From Macrostomum hystrix (taxonomy: Eukaryota > Animalia > Platyhelminthes): 64,000 nt of DNA. Location: assembly GCA_950097015.1 (NCBI GenBank), contig CATNEN010000025.1:7998001-8062000 (forward strand), written 5' to 3'. Each line of letters opens with the position of its first letter. The first letter of the stretch is position 1. The notes beneath the pieces were generated by a model. The model saw only the letters and a list, made by a program, of their open reading frames with translations. It did not search any database and was not told where the DNA came from. The position numbers were made by a program, and so were the translations under genes. Shown in pieces: positions 1 through 12,000 of this stretch.

Positions 1-3000
1 TCAGCTGGTAGGTGAGGCTGCTGCAACGACGCCTCGGATGCCGACATCGCGGAAGACGATGACGGAGGATGCTGCGAATGACCCGACACCACCAGCGCCT
101 GCGAGATTGACACGGACGGCGACTGAGACGCAGATGCCGACGAAGTAGCCACAGTTGTAGACGTAGCCGTTACAGTAGTCGAAGCTGTAACCATGGTTGC
201 AGCAGTCACCGTAGCCGTCACCGTAGCCGTCACCGTAGCCGTCACCGCAGCCGTCTCCGTAGCTGTCTTCGTAGCCGTCTCCGTAGCCGGATCTGAAGCC
301 CTAGCCGCGGCCGCTTCAGCCTCGTCGTGGGCTTTCTGCTGAGCGTCCAGCTCCTCCTCCCAGCGGCTGCTGTAGTCGTCGCGCTCTTTAATAACGCGCC
401 GCTTCGCCTCGGCCCATCGGCGAGCCTGCAGGCCGAGGCGAACTATCGGCGAGACGTCGTTCTCCGACTCCGGCTCGGGATCGGATTCGCGCAGCTTCTC
501 CATGACGTGATTCCAAACGCCGGCTAGCACCTAAGAGTAGGTTTTACACATCATGGTATGTTCTGATTGGCTAGCATATATTTATGGTATGTTCTGATTG
601 GCTAGTATATATTATGGTATGTTCTGATTGGCTCGTATAGATTATGGTATGTTCTGATTGGCTAGTATAGATTATGGTATGTTCTGATTGGCTCGTATAT
701 ATTATGGTATGTTCTGATTGGCTAGTATAGATTATGGTATGTTCTGATTGGCTAGTATAGATTATGGTATGTTCTGATTGGCTCGTATAGATTACGGTAT
801 GTTCTGATTGTCTAGTATATATTTATGGTATGTTCTGATTGGCTAGTATAGATTATGGTATGTTCTGATTGGCTAGTATAGATTATGGTATGTTCTGATT
901 GGCTAGCATAGATTATGTAAAATACCGATCGGCAAGGTACTATATTCTCTGTTCTGATTGGCTAGTATAGATTATGGAACCTTTTGATTGGCTAGCATAG
1001 ATTATGGCATTTTCCGATTGGCTAGGTTAGGTTAGGAGATTTTTGATTGGCTAGAATTTATTTTATAGAGCTTTCTAATAAAAAATTCGCTTTTATAATT
1101 GGCTAGAACATATCTTGGTGCATTTTGGAGCATTACTTTTTTCTTATAGTACGTAAGCTGATGCCGAACACCGGAAATCTTCTGTCGCAAGCGTCGCTGC
1201 TGATCGCTGCCTCCGCCATTGGCGTCTGACTCGGCGTATTCGGCGAAAGAGTTGACCACATTCTCTAAGTCTTCGTCAATGAAGCAATCTAGCTGGAATT
1301 CGAAGCCAACGCCGGGCAAGATTTTCATCTGCTGTTGCAACTGCTTATCGTTCACTACTAGGCGAAATTCGGCCACGTGAAAGAACTTGCTGGGATCGCC
1401 ATTGTACTCAACGGCTGGGGCGGCGCTAAAGACGGCGGTTTCCTGGTCGCGACTGCCCGACTGCTGGGCTGGCACTTTCTTCGGCTGCTCCTAGAAGAAT
1501 GAGGAAGGGTGGTAAAGTGTTTCAGATTGATAGCTCTAGTGTGATATATAGGGATATCTTAATTGCATCTGATTGGTTAGCAGCAAAATTTTTTGTTATT
1601 GGTCTGTATCTAAATAAATTGTAAATCGCGTCTGATTGGTTGGCAGCGAAATTGTTTATTATTGGTCTGAAGCTAAATCTCTTCTGATTGGTTGGCAGCT
1701 ATATCGCTTCTGATTGGTTGGCAGCAAAATTATTTCTTATTGGTCTGAAGCTAAATCTCTTCTGATTGGTTGGTAGCTAAATCTCTTCTGATTGGTTGGC
1801 AGCTACATCGCTTCTGATTGGTTGGCAGCAAAATTATTTCTTATTGGTCTGAAGCTAAATCTCTTCTGATTGGTTGGTAGCTAAATCTCTTCTGATTGGT
1901 TGGCCGTCAAAAGTTTCTGATTGGTTGCCATCAAATTCGCACTAGATTAACTATTGTCTAAATCATTTTAGATTTTTTAGAGAAAAAAGAATAAAGTTAT
2001 ATTGAAAAAAAAGACCAACCCCAGACATAGTGGCTTCAGTGGTGTCAGCCTCCTCCCATTTTAGTGCCTGGGACAATCGGACCAGCTGAACCTGGATTGG
2101 CACCGGTTTCAAATTGAAAATCTGCAGCGATAGCAGCTCTTCAGCTGTTGGACGAAAGTCTGGCAGCGGATTTGTGCACGCGAAGAATATGTCGCGAATA
2201 TCCTGGTTCTCGATGCTGAAATCAAAAAACGTTATTGTATCTCTTTACAAATGAGAAAAAAATTGACGGTAGAGTGGAGGGTAGAGATGATAGAGTAGAG
2301 TGGGAGAGAAACTAGAGTGGATGGTAGAGATGATGGAGTAGTGAGAGAAGGTAGAGTGGTGGAGGAGAGAAGGTAGAGGTCAGGGGAGAGAAGGTAGAGT
2401 GTTGGAGGAGAGAAGGGAGAGTGGAGGGTAGAGAAGGTAGAGTGGTGGAGGAGAGAAGGTAGATGTAGGCGGCGCCAGCCGTCACGCGTGCGTGGGGTTG
2501 GCGGCGTTCTGCGCTCTTTCTCTCTGCCACCTTTCTACCCCCCTTGGCACGCACGTTAACTGATGTACGGGGTGCGGCTTTAGCCGCCACCCCAGCACAA
2601 CTCGGCTGTTATAAAATATACTGAATCGCATTGAAATCGCTCTTATGACATTTCGGCTATCGACTACAAACAGTCGCATTTCTCAGTTCCTACAGTGGCA
2701 TCGCAAGCCATCGCAGCCAACGCGGGGCATGGCCACAAGCTACGTTTCTCTACCTCCACCCGAGCCATTTCTCATTACTCACGACCCGCACAACGCAGGC
2801 AAACGTTGGAACGAATGGTCAGCGCGATTCGCAGACTTCATTGAGGCATCTGGAATTGCCAATGAAAACCAAAAATGCAAGCTGCTCTGCTACACGGCCG
2901 GAAAGGAAGTCTCGGACATCATTCGGGAACTACCAAAGCCCAGGTCTGACGCCGACGGCCAGGAGCAGGAGCACACACTGCAGACAATCTTCAAGGGGCT

Positions 3001-6000
3001 GAAGCAACACTTCGACGATAGAAAGAACATCGTTTACGCTCGATACCAGTTCCGTCTGTGTGTTCAACAATCTGGTGAGAAAATCGAAGCTTGGTACAGC
3101 AGACTGCGGACGGCTGCTGAACCATGTGAATTCGGCGACTTACGCAACTCCCTCATCCGAGACCAACTTGTTGCTACATGCACCTCCGACAAGCTGCGCA
3201 GACGGCTGCTCCAGGAAGCAAACATCTCACTGGAAGACGCGCTGCGGAAGGCCAGAGCATTCGAAGCTGCGGAAGAACAAGCTGCTGAGATGGAGAAGAC
3301 CACCGAGTCGCAGGTGGCCAGCGTGGCCAATAGAAGCCAAACAGCGTCAGACAAACGCAGACCACACAGCGAGGCCAGGCAGAGCCAGTCACAGACCTGC
3401 TACCGCTGCGGCGAGCGCGGCCACGCTTCCTGTGACGCAGCCAAGGACAAAATCTGCCACAACTGTGGCAAGCCAAACCACCTAGCAAAGGCCTGCCGCC
3501 AGCCGCGGTTAAGCAGCAACAGAGTCAAACAGCAGATTCACGCCAACGCATACAGTACAGCTCCTGGAGACACCGCCAGCCAAGACGTGTTCACACTACA
3601 CAGGGAAGGCATCTATCCGCCCGACGTCTCGCTGAAAGTCCAAGTGGGAGATCAGCAGCTCTCGATGATGATTGACAGCGGAGCTAGCTGCAGCATTATG
3701 AGCAAATGCACCTTCAAGACGCTCAGCCGGCCGCATCTGCGAGCTCCAAAATCCGAGGTGCGAGCCTACGGTTGCGCTTCACCGCTGAAGATCCTTGGTG
3801 TCTCCGACTTACAAGTCCACGTTGGATCAGCCAGCACTGTCATTCCGTTCTACGTCATGGATGGTGACGGCCTGACGATTCTCGGTCGCGAGCCCGCATT
3901 CAGACTCGGAGTGCTCAAAATCCAGCGCCTCGATTCGAGTGGGACGGAAGCCGTGCACTCAAACAGCACAGCGAGCCTGTCACCGCAGCTGCAAGACATC
4001 CTGCACCGTCACAGAGAAGTCTTCGAAGGCATCGGATGCATCAAGGGCGTCCAGGTGAAAGTGCAGCTGTCAGGCGACGCCGTTCCAGTCTGCCACGCGC
4101 CTTCCCGGGTAGCGGCGCATCTAAGAGCAACCGTGGTGGACGAGCTGAAGGAATTGGAGCGACAGGATATCATCGAAGCAGTCAAGGGACCCAGCGCCTG
4201 GGTGGCACGCATGGTCGTAGTGCCCAAGGCGGACGGCGGCGTCAGGATCTGCCAAGACCTTCGCGACCTGAACGCCTTCGTTGTTCCGGAAAAGCAGCAG
4301 ATCCCGACACTGGACGAAGTCACCGAGGAGATGTCTGGAGCCAAGCTTTTCAGCGAGCTGGACATCCGGAAAGCTTTCTATCAGATCCCCGTGCACGAAG
4401 ACAGCCGACATCTGTTCACATTCAGCACGCCGCTCGGACTGATGCGACTGAAGCGGCTGAGCATGGGATTTACCAACGCCTCAGAAATCCTTCAACGGGT
4501 TATGCTAGGCATCCTCAGCGGCATCGACGGGGTCAGGTGGGTCCACGACGATGTCATCGTGTACGCCGCAGATATCAAACAACATCATGAAAGACTGAAT
4601 GTATGTCTTCAACGCCTCGGCGAGTTTGGCATCACGTTGAACAAAGACAAGTGCAAGTTCGCCAAGCCAGCAGTCGACTTCCTCGGAATGCATCTGTCAG
4701 CCAAGGGCATCCAACCAGCTGCCGAGAAGATCCAAGCAATGCAGGACTTCCGGCAGCCCGCCAATGTCTCAGAAATACGGTCATTCCTTGGCACAGCAAA
4801 CTTTCTGGCGAAGTTTATTTCTGGATACGCTGACGTGTCAGCCCCGCTGCGCCAACTGACTAAAAAGGGCCAGCCGTGGGATTGGACCGCCAGCCACACC
4901 AAGGCATTCAACAGCATCAAAAGTGCAATTGCCAACGCCGACACGCTAGCATTCTTCGATCGCAAGCGGCACACGGAGCTCCTGGTGGACGCATCTCCGA
5001 TCGGACTCGGCGCCATTCTCACCCAGAAGCAACCAGACGGCAGCAGCCGTCCCGTGGCCTATGCCAGCAGAGCTCTGTCGCCGGTGGAGCAGCGGTATGC
5101 GCAGATCGAGCGGGAGGCGCTGGCCATCAAGTTCGCCTGCCTGAAATTCGAACATTACCTGGCAGGCGACCCGAACTTCACCGTTGTGACGGACCACCGG
5201 CCCCTAGTTCCACTGTTCAAGCCGGGGTCCCGCCCGCCGCCGCGGATCGAGCGAATGGCCCTCCGCATCCAGCACCTCCGCTTTACTCTGTTGTACAGGC
5301 CGGGACCAGCAAATCCAGCCGATCTGCTCAGCCGCCAGCCGCTGCCAGAGTCGAGGCCAAACATCGGCGAGGTCCTCGATGAAGCCCACGTCAACGCTGT
5401 GTCAACTGGTGCCGTGCCAAAGGGCTTCACAATCCAACAGATCAGAGAGGCTGCAAGAACTGATGCGGAAATGCAGGCCGCACTCGGCGCGATCAGAACC
5501 GGCAACTGGAACACTCTCAGCCCGGTGCAACGCTCATTCAAGTCCATCAGCAGCGAACTAACCGAGAACGACGGCGTCCTGCTTCGTGGAGATCTCATCG
5601 TCATCCCCGAGGCACTGCGGAGGCCGATCCTGCAGCTGGCTCACACCGGACACCTCGGGGCGGACAGGACTCTAAAGCGCCTGCAAACCAAGGTCTGGTG
5701 GCCAAAAATGTACAGCGACTGCGAAGTCTTTGTCAAGTGCTGCATCTACTGTCAGGCAGCGGCAACGCACGTGCACCAGACGCCTCTAAAGCCGACGGAA
5801 ATGCCCGACGGGCCTTGGCAGCTGCTCGGCATGGACTTCTACGGTCCGGTGCAAGGTCACATGCTGCTCGTCACCACCGACTTGTACTCCAAGTACCCAG
5901 AAGTCGACGTAATGCAGTCAACCACGGCCGGCAGCGTGACACAGCACCTGAGACGGCTCTTCAGTCGCCACGGAATTCCCGCGGAGGTCATTACCGACAA

Positions 6001-9000
6001 CGGACCGCCCTTCAACTCCGCTGAATTTCGTAACTTCCTCACCGAATATGGAGTTCATCACCGGCTTATCTGTCCACTGCACCCGGAGTCCAACGGAGCC
6101 ACCGAACGTGTCAACCGCAGCATCGGCAAGGTGATCAAGACGGCGATTGCTGAGGGCCGGAACTGGAGAGAGGCTCTAGACGACTGGCTACTGGCATTCC
6201 GCACCACGCCACACAGAGCCACAGGACGCACCCCGGCCGAGCTACTCATGGGCAGGGCGATCAACGACGGAATCCCGGCTAGTCGGCAGCCAACTGTGAC
6301 TGGATTCGACCATCAAGCCGTGAGGGACTGGAGTCGGCAGTACACGCGCGAAATGAAGCGAGCCTTTGACAAGCGCAACACCGCCAAGGAGCACAGAGTA
6401 GTTCCCGGGACAATGGTTCTCCGAAAGCAGCAGGCACGCATCAAAACTCAGCTGCCATTCGAGACCCAGCCGTGGACGGTAGAAGAGGTTCGAGGCGACA
6501 CCTGCATCCTACGACGAGGCCAACAGTCCTGCATGCGACACGTGACTCAGCTCCGACCAATGTTTCCACCTGCCAGCCCGCCTGCCGGCCCGCCTGCCGG
6601 CCCGCCTGCCAGCCCGCCTGCCGGCCCGCCTGCCAGCCCGCCTGCCGGCCCGCCTGCCGGCCCGCCTGCCGGCCCGCCTGCCGGCCCGCCTGCCGGCCCG
6701 CCTGCCGGCCCGCCTGCCGGCCCGCCTGCCGGCCCGCCTGCCGGCCCGCCTGCCGGCCCGCCTGCCGGCCCGCCTGCCGGCCCGCCTGCCGGCCCGCCTG
6801 CCGGCCCGCCTGCCGGCCCGCCTGCCGGCCCGCCTGCCGGCCCGCCTGCCGGCCCGCCTGCCGGCCCGCCTGCCGGCCCGCCTGCCGGCCCGCCTGCCGG
6901 CCCGCCTGCCGGCCCGCCTGCCGGCCCGCCTGCCGGCCCGCCTGCCGGCCCGCCTTCGCCTGCCGGCCCGCCTCCGCCTGTCGGCCAGGATACGGGTCAG
7001 GAAAATGATGCCGTGGCACTGAGACGCCATCCTAGAGCTGCCCGTGACAAGCCTAAGCGGTACAAGTAACTAAGGAATTGCGCTCTAAAGATCCATTAAG
7101 TTTCTATTATCTGAACTGTTAATCTCATGTTCAAAGTTTAGTTTTTTCAATTTCGTTTTATTCCTTTGGGGGGGAGAAGTGTAGGCGGCGCCAGCCGTCA
7201 CGCGTGCGTGGGGTTGGCGGCGTTCTGCGCTCTTTCTCTCTGCCACCTTTCTACCCCCCTTGGCACGCACGTTAACTGATGTACGGGGTGCGGCTTTAGC
7301 CGCCACCCCAGCACAACTCGGCTGTTATAAAATATACTGAATCGCATTGAAATCGCTCTTATGACATTTCGGCTATCGACTACAAACAGTCGCATTTCTC
7401 AGTTCCTACAGTAGAGTGGAGGGGAGAGAAGGTAGAGTGGAGGGGAGAGAAGGTAGAGTGGAGGGGAGAGAAGGTAGAGTGGAGGGGAGAGAAGGTAGAG
7501 TGGAGGGGAGAGAAGGTAGAGTGGAGGGGAGAGAAGGTAGAGTGCAGGGGAGAGAAAGTGTGGTGGGGAGAGAAGGTCGAGAGGAGGGGGGAGATAAGGT
7601 AGAGTGGAGGGGAGAGACATAAGGGAGGAAGGAGAGAGTGCGGAAAGCAGGGAGAGAGGAAGGAGTAAAGGGGTGAATTCAAGAAAATATCACTAATAAA
7701 AACTGGCAGTTGATTCAGAGGCACGCACCGCGTTAGCACCTGCGGCGGTGTATTGCTGGCGATCCTCTGCCAGACGTCCAGAAAGTTCTGACATTCCTGA
7801 TACGGAATGCTATTAGTGACCATCTCCACAATGAGAATGCCGAAAGCGAAGATGTCCACCTTCTCGTCGTATCTCTCCTGCAGCATCTCGGGCGCCATGT
7901 AGCCCAGGGTGCCCAGCATGGTCTTGCGGGTCTGGGTCTTGGCCGTGGCCAGGCCGAAGTCGCCCAGCTTGATGTTGTAGTATTCGTCCGGATTCTCTCC
8001 GTCGGCTATGAACACGTTCTCCGGCTTCAGGTCGCGGTGAATCACCGGCGGATTCATCCTGGGATTATTTGTTTTTGAAGATTATTAATGAGTAAAATGA
8101 GGTACAGGAAAAATTATAAAAGTAAATTCAATGTAAATACATAGGGATACTCTTTTGAAAAAAAAACCTTAAAACAACTAGAAAATTCTTAAAAGGAGAT
8201 TTTAAAGAGAAATCCTAAATAAAATTCTCGCTAGAGGAAATCCACTTAAGGGAAATAAATAAAGAGAAATCCCACAAGGGGAAATCCCACAAGGGGAAAT
8301 CCCACAAGGGGAAATCCCACAAGGGGAAATCCCACAAGGAGAAATCCCACAAGGGGAAATCCCACAAGGGGAAATCCCACAAGGGGAAATCCCACAAGGG
8401 GAAATTCCAAAAAGAAAAAAAATATAATCCAGCTCGAAAAGACGTGGAAACTCGACTGCTTAGCACTCGATTAGACAGGGCTGCTTACTTATGATGCATG
8501 TGCCGCAGGCCCTCTAAGATTTGCTGCATCCACGACTGGAACACATTGAAGTCGACAACGGCCTCTCTAGTCTGCTCATTGTAAAAGGTCTTCATTTTTT
8601 CTCGCAGCGTGCCCTCGCTCATGAACTCGGTGACAATGACGGTGGCCTTCACTTTTTCGCCTTTCTCTCCGTTCTCGTCCAATTCGAAGTAGCAGTCGAG
8701 CAGGTCATAGTAGCGCACAATGTTCGGGTGCTCGCATTTGATCATCATTTCAACCTGCAGTTTTCAGGATTGAAAGCTAGGATTTTGATTCGTGGCTGGG
8801 ATAGTTACTGATATACTACATCAGTAAGTCAGATATGTTGGGATTGAGTCACGGAATGGCAAAATGAGTCAAGAAATGAGTTATTGGGTTAGTGAGTCGA
8901 AAACATTTTAAATGGGTCAAGAATGAGTCATCAAGTAGATGAGTTATTGGGTTATTGAGTCAGTACATTTTAAATGGGTCAAGAATGAGTCATCAAGTAG

Positions 9001-12000
9001 ATGAGTTATTGGGTTATTGAGTCGAAAACATTTTAAATGGGTCAAGAATGAGTCATCAAGTAGATGAGTTATTGGGTTATTGAGTCAGTACATTTTAAAT
9101 GGGTCAAGAATGAGTCATCAAGTAGATGAGTTATTGGGTTATTGAGTCAGTACATTTTAAATGGGTCAAGAATGAGTCATCAAGTAGATGAGTTATTGGG
9201 TTATTGAGTCAGTACATTTTAAATGGGTCAAGAATGAGTCATCAAGTAGATGAGTTATTGGGTTATTGAGTCAGTACATTTTAAATGGGTCAAGAATGGG
9301 TCATCAAGTAGATGAGTTATTGGGTTATTGAGTCAGTACATTTTAAATGGGTCAAGAATGAGTCATCAAGTAGATGAGTTATTGGGTTATTGAGTCAGTA
9401 CATTTTAAATGGGTCAAGAATGAGTCATGAAGTAGATGAGTTATTGGGTTATTGAGTCAGTACATTTTAAATGGGTCAAGAATGGGTCATCAAGTAGATG
9501 AGTTATTGGGTTATTGAGTCAGTACATTTTAAATGGGTCAAGAATGGGTCATCAAGTAGATGAGTTATTGGGTCATTGTGTCAAAAACTCTTCAAATGGG
9601 TCAAGAATGAGTCATCAAGTAGATGAGTTATTGGGTTATTGTGGGTCAAGAATGGGTCATTAAGTAGATGAGTTATTGGGTTATTGAGTCAGTACATTTT
9701 AAGTGGGTCAAGAATGGGTCATTAAGTGGATAATTTACTGGGTCACTAAAATTTTCCGCTATATCCGATGAAACAACTTTCTGAATCACAAAACATCGAC
9801 ATCGTCGAGATATTCAACGATTCTCGTCGGGGTAAACAACGAATATAGGCATATTTTTCTGCTCTAAAAATTTCCTAATGTAACCATGTCGGCTATTATA
9901 TTGCATTGGATATATTTGTCACCAGACCAGGGTCTTCGACAAGAACCGCTGGGCTTTGAAAGTGAGTTAGTTCATCGTAAAGGGGGAAAAATCGGATCCA
10001 TTTGGTTAGCTTTCACGAAAAAACGGTCACTCGGTTTGGGGCCTACTGCTCAAACAAGATTTTACTCACCTCTTTTCGAACTTGCTCCTTCTCGGCCGGC
10101 CGATCCTTGCCCACCTGAAATTTCAGCTCGCACCAGGCGATGGGCCGACCCTGTTCCCGGTCGTAGCCTCGATAGACTCGCTTGTAGGCGCCTTCGCCGC
10201 ATTTGATATTGTGCTTGATCCAACGGCCGCACGGACTGACGGCGATGCCGCGCTGTTTGAGCTGCAGCTCCATCTGGTGCCGGCGCCACATCTGCTCCTC
10301 TCGCTTCCTCTCCCGCTCTTTGGCTTTCTCTTCGCGAGACTTCACCGCCTTTTTCTCTCGCTCCTTGTCAACGGCGCCGGCTGGCATTGAAGAGGCGGCG
10401 GCGGACGATGACCCGGAAGCAGTAGAATGTGTCGGCAATGAGCCTGGAGCGATGTTCGAAGCCACGGCGGAAGCCGGAACGGAGGCGGTGACATATCCAG
10501 CGGCTATAGTCGCTGATGCCATTGTCGACGAAGCGGTCTCAATGACGATGACTGCGGATCCGCCAGCCGCCAAGGCGGGTCTCGACGGATCCGTCTCTTC
10601 TAAAATAGCTTCGTCAATTATGCCGGAGGCGGCAGCAGCCGCGGCGGCTGCGAAGGTCTTGACTGCTGGCGTCGGCGGCGGTGGCTTCGGCATGGCGACG
10701 GATGCCGGCCTGGATAAACACTCTGATTCATCAGCCTCCAGGTACTGTGCTTGTTGCTGCTGCTGCTTTTCATCATATTGATTCTCATGTTGATCAGCTG
10801 GCTGCTGCTGCTGCTGCTGCTGCTGCTGTGACAACTCGCCTTCAGATCTGTCTATGTTTGTCTCGCTAACAACGCGGCGTCTTCTGCAAGAATAAATATT
10901 TCACTTAATAATCAGTTTAAAGCATAAAACTAGAAGCTTCAAGAAATGGCATTGTCAAGAAATGACACTAGATTTCAAGAAGTAACACTCGATTTCAATA
11001 ATGGCACCAGATATAAGGAAATGGCGCCAGATATTAGGAAATGGCACCAGATATTAGGAAATGGCACCAGATATTAGGAAATGGCGCCAGATATTAGGAA
11101 ATGGCACCAGATATTAGGAAATGGCGCCAGATATTAGGAAATGGCGCCAGATATTAGGAAATGGCGCCAGATATTAGGAAATGGCACCAGATAAGGAAAT
11201 GGCGCCAGATATTAGGAAATGGCGCCATGTATTAGGAAATGGCACCAGATATTAGGAAATGGCACCAGATATTAGGAAATGCCACCAGATATTAGGAAAT
11301 GGCACCAGATATTAGGAAATGGCACCAGATATTAGGAAATGGCCCAGATATTAGGAAATGGCACCAGATATTAGGAAATGGCGCCAGATATTAGGAAATG
11401 GCACCAGATATTAGGAAATGGCACCAGATATTAGGAAATGGCACCAGATATTAGGAAATGGCCCAGATATTAGGAAATGGCACCAGATATTAGGAAATGG
11501 CACCAGATATTAGGAAATGGCACCAGATATTAGGAAATGGCCCAGATATTAGGAAATGGCACCAGATATTAGGAAATGGCGCCAGATATTAGGAAATGGC
11601 ACCAGATATTAGGAAATGGCACCAGATATTAGGAAATGGCGCCATGTATTAGGAAATGGCACCAGATATTAGGAAATGGCACCAGATATTAGGAAATGGC
11701 GCCAGATGTTAGGAAATGGCGCCATGTATTAGGAAATGGCACCAGATATTAGGAAATGGCGCCAGATATTAGGAAATGGCGCCATGTATTAGGAAATGGC
11801 ACCAGATATTAGGAAATGGCACCAGATATTAGGAAATGGCACCAGATATTAGGAAATGGCGCCATGTATTAGGAAATGGCGCCAGATATTAGGAAATGGC
11901 ACCAGATATTAGGAAATGGCACCAGATATTAGGAAATGGCACCAGATATTAGGAAATGGCGCCAGATATTAGGAAATGGCGCCAGATATTAGGAAATGGC

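Larger units (their letters stand above)
2464..7410 (+). mobile_element. Full-length Ty3/Gypsy LTR retrotransposon in a WNK intron, antisense to the host gene
   Basis: LTRs 2464-2694 and 7180-7410 (231 bp, TGTAGG...CCTACA, identical by eye). 5-bp TSD GTAGA at 2459-2463 and 7411-7415. TGG-starting PBS-like site at 2696, polypurine tract at 7168-7179, single gag-pol ORF. Confidence 0.97.

Noticed and set aside
2695-2712. Assigning a specific primer tRNA to the PBS (TGGCATCGCAAGCC)
   Set aside because: I could not match it confidently to a tRNA 3' end from memory; it needs comparison with the species tRNA set.
3060-6264. Overlapping and antisense ORFs within gag-pol
   Set aside because: Expected shadows of a GC-rich long ORF; no independent motifs.
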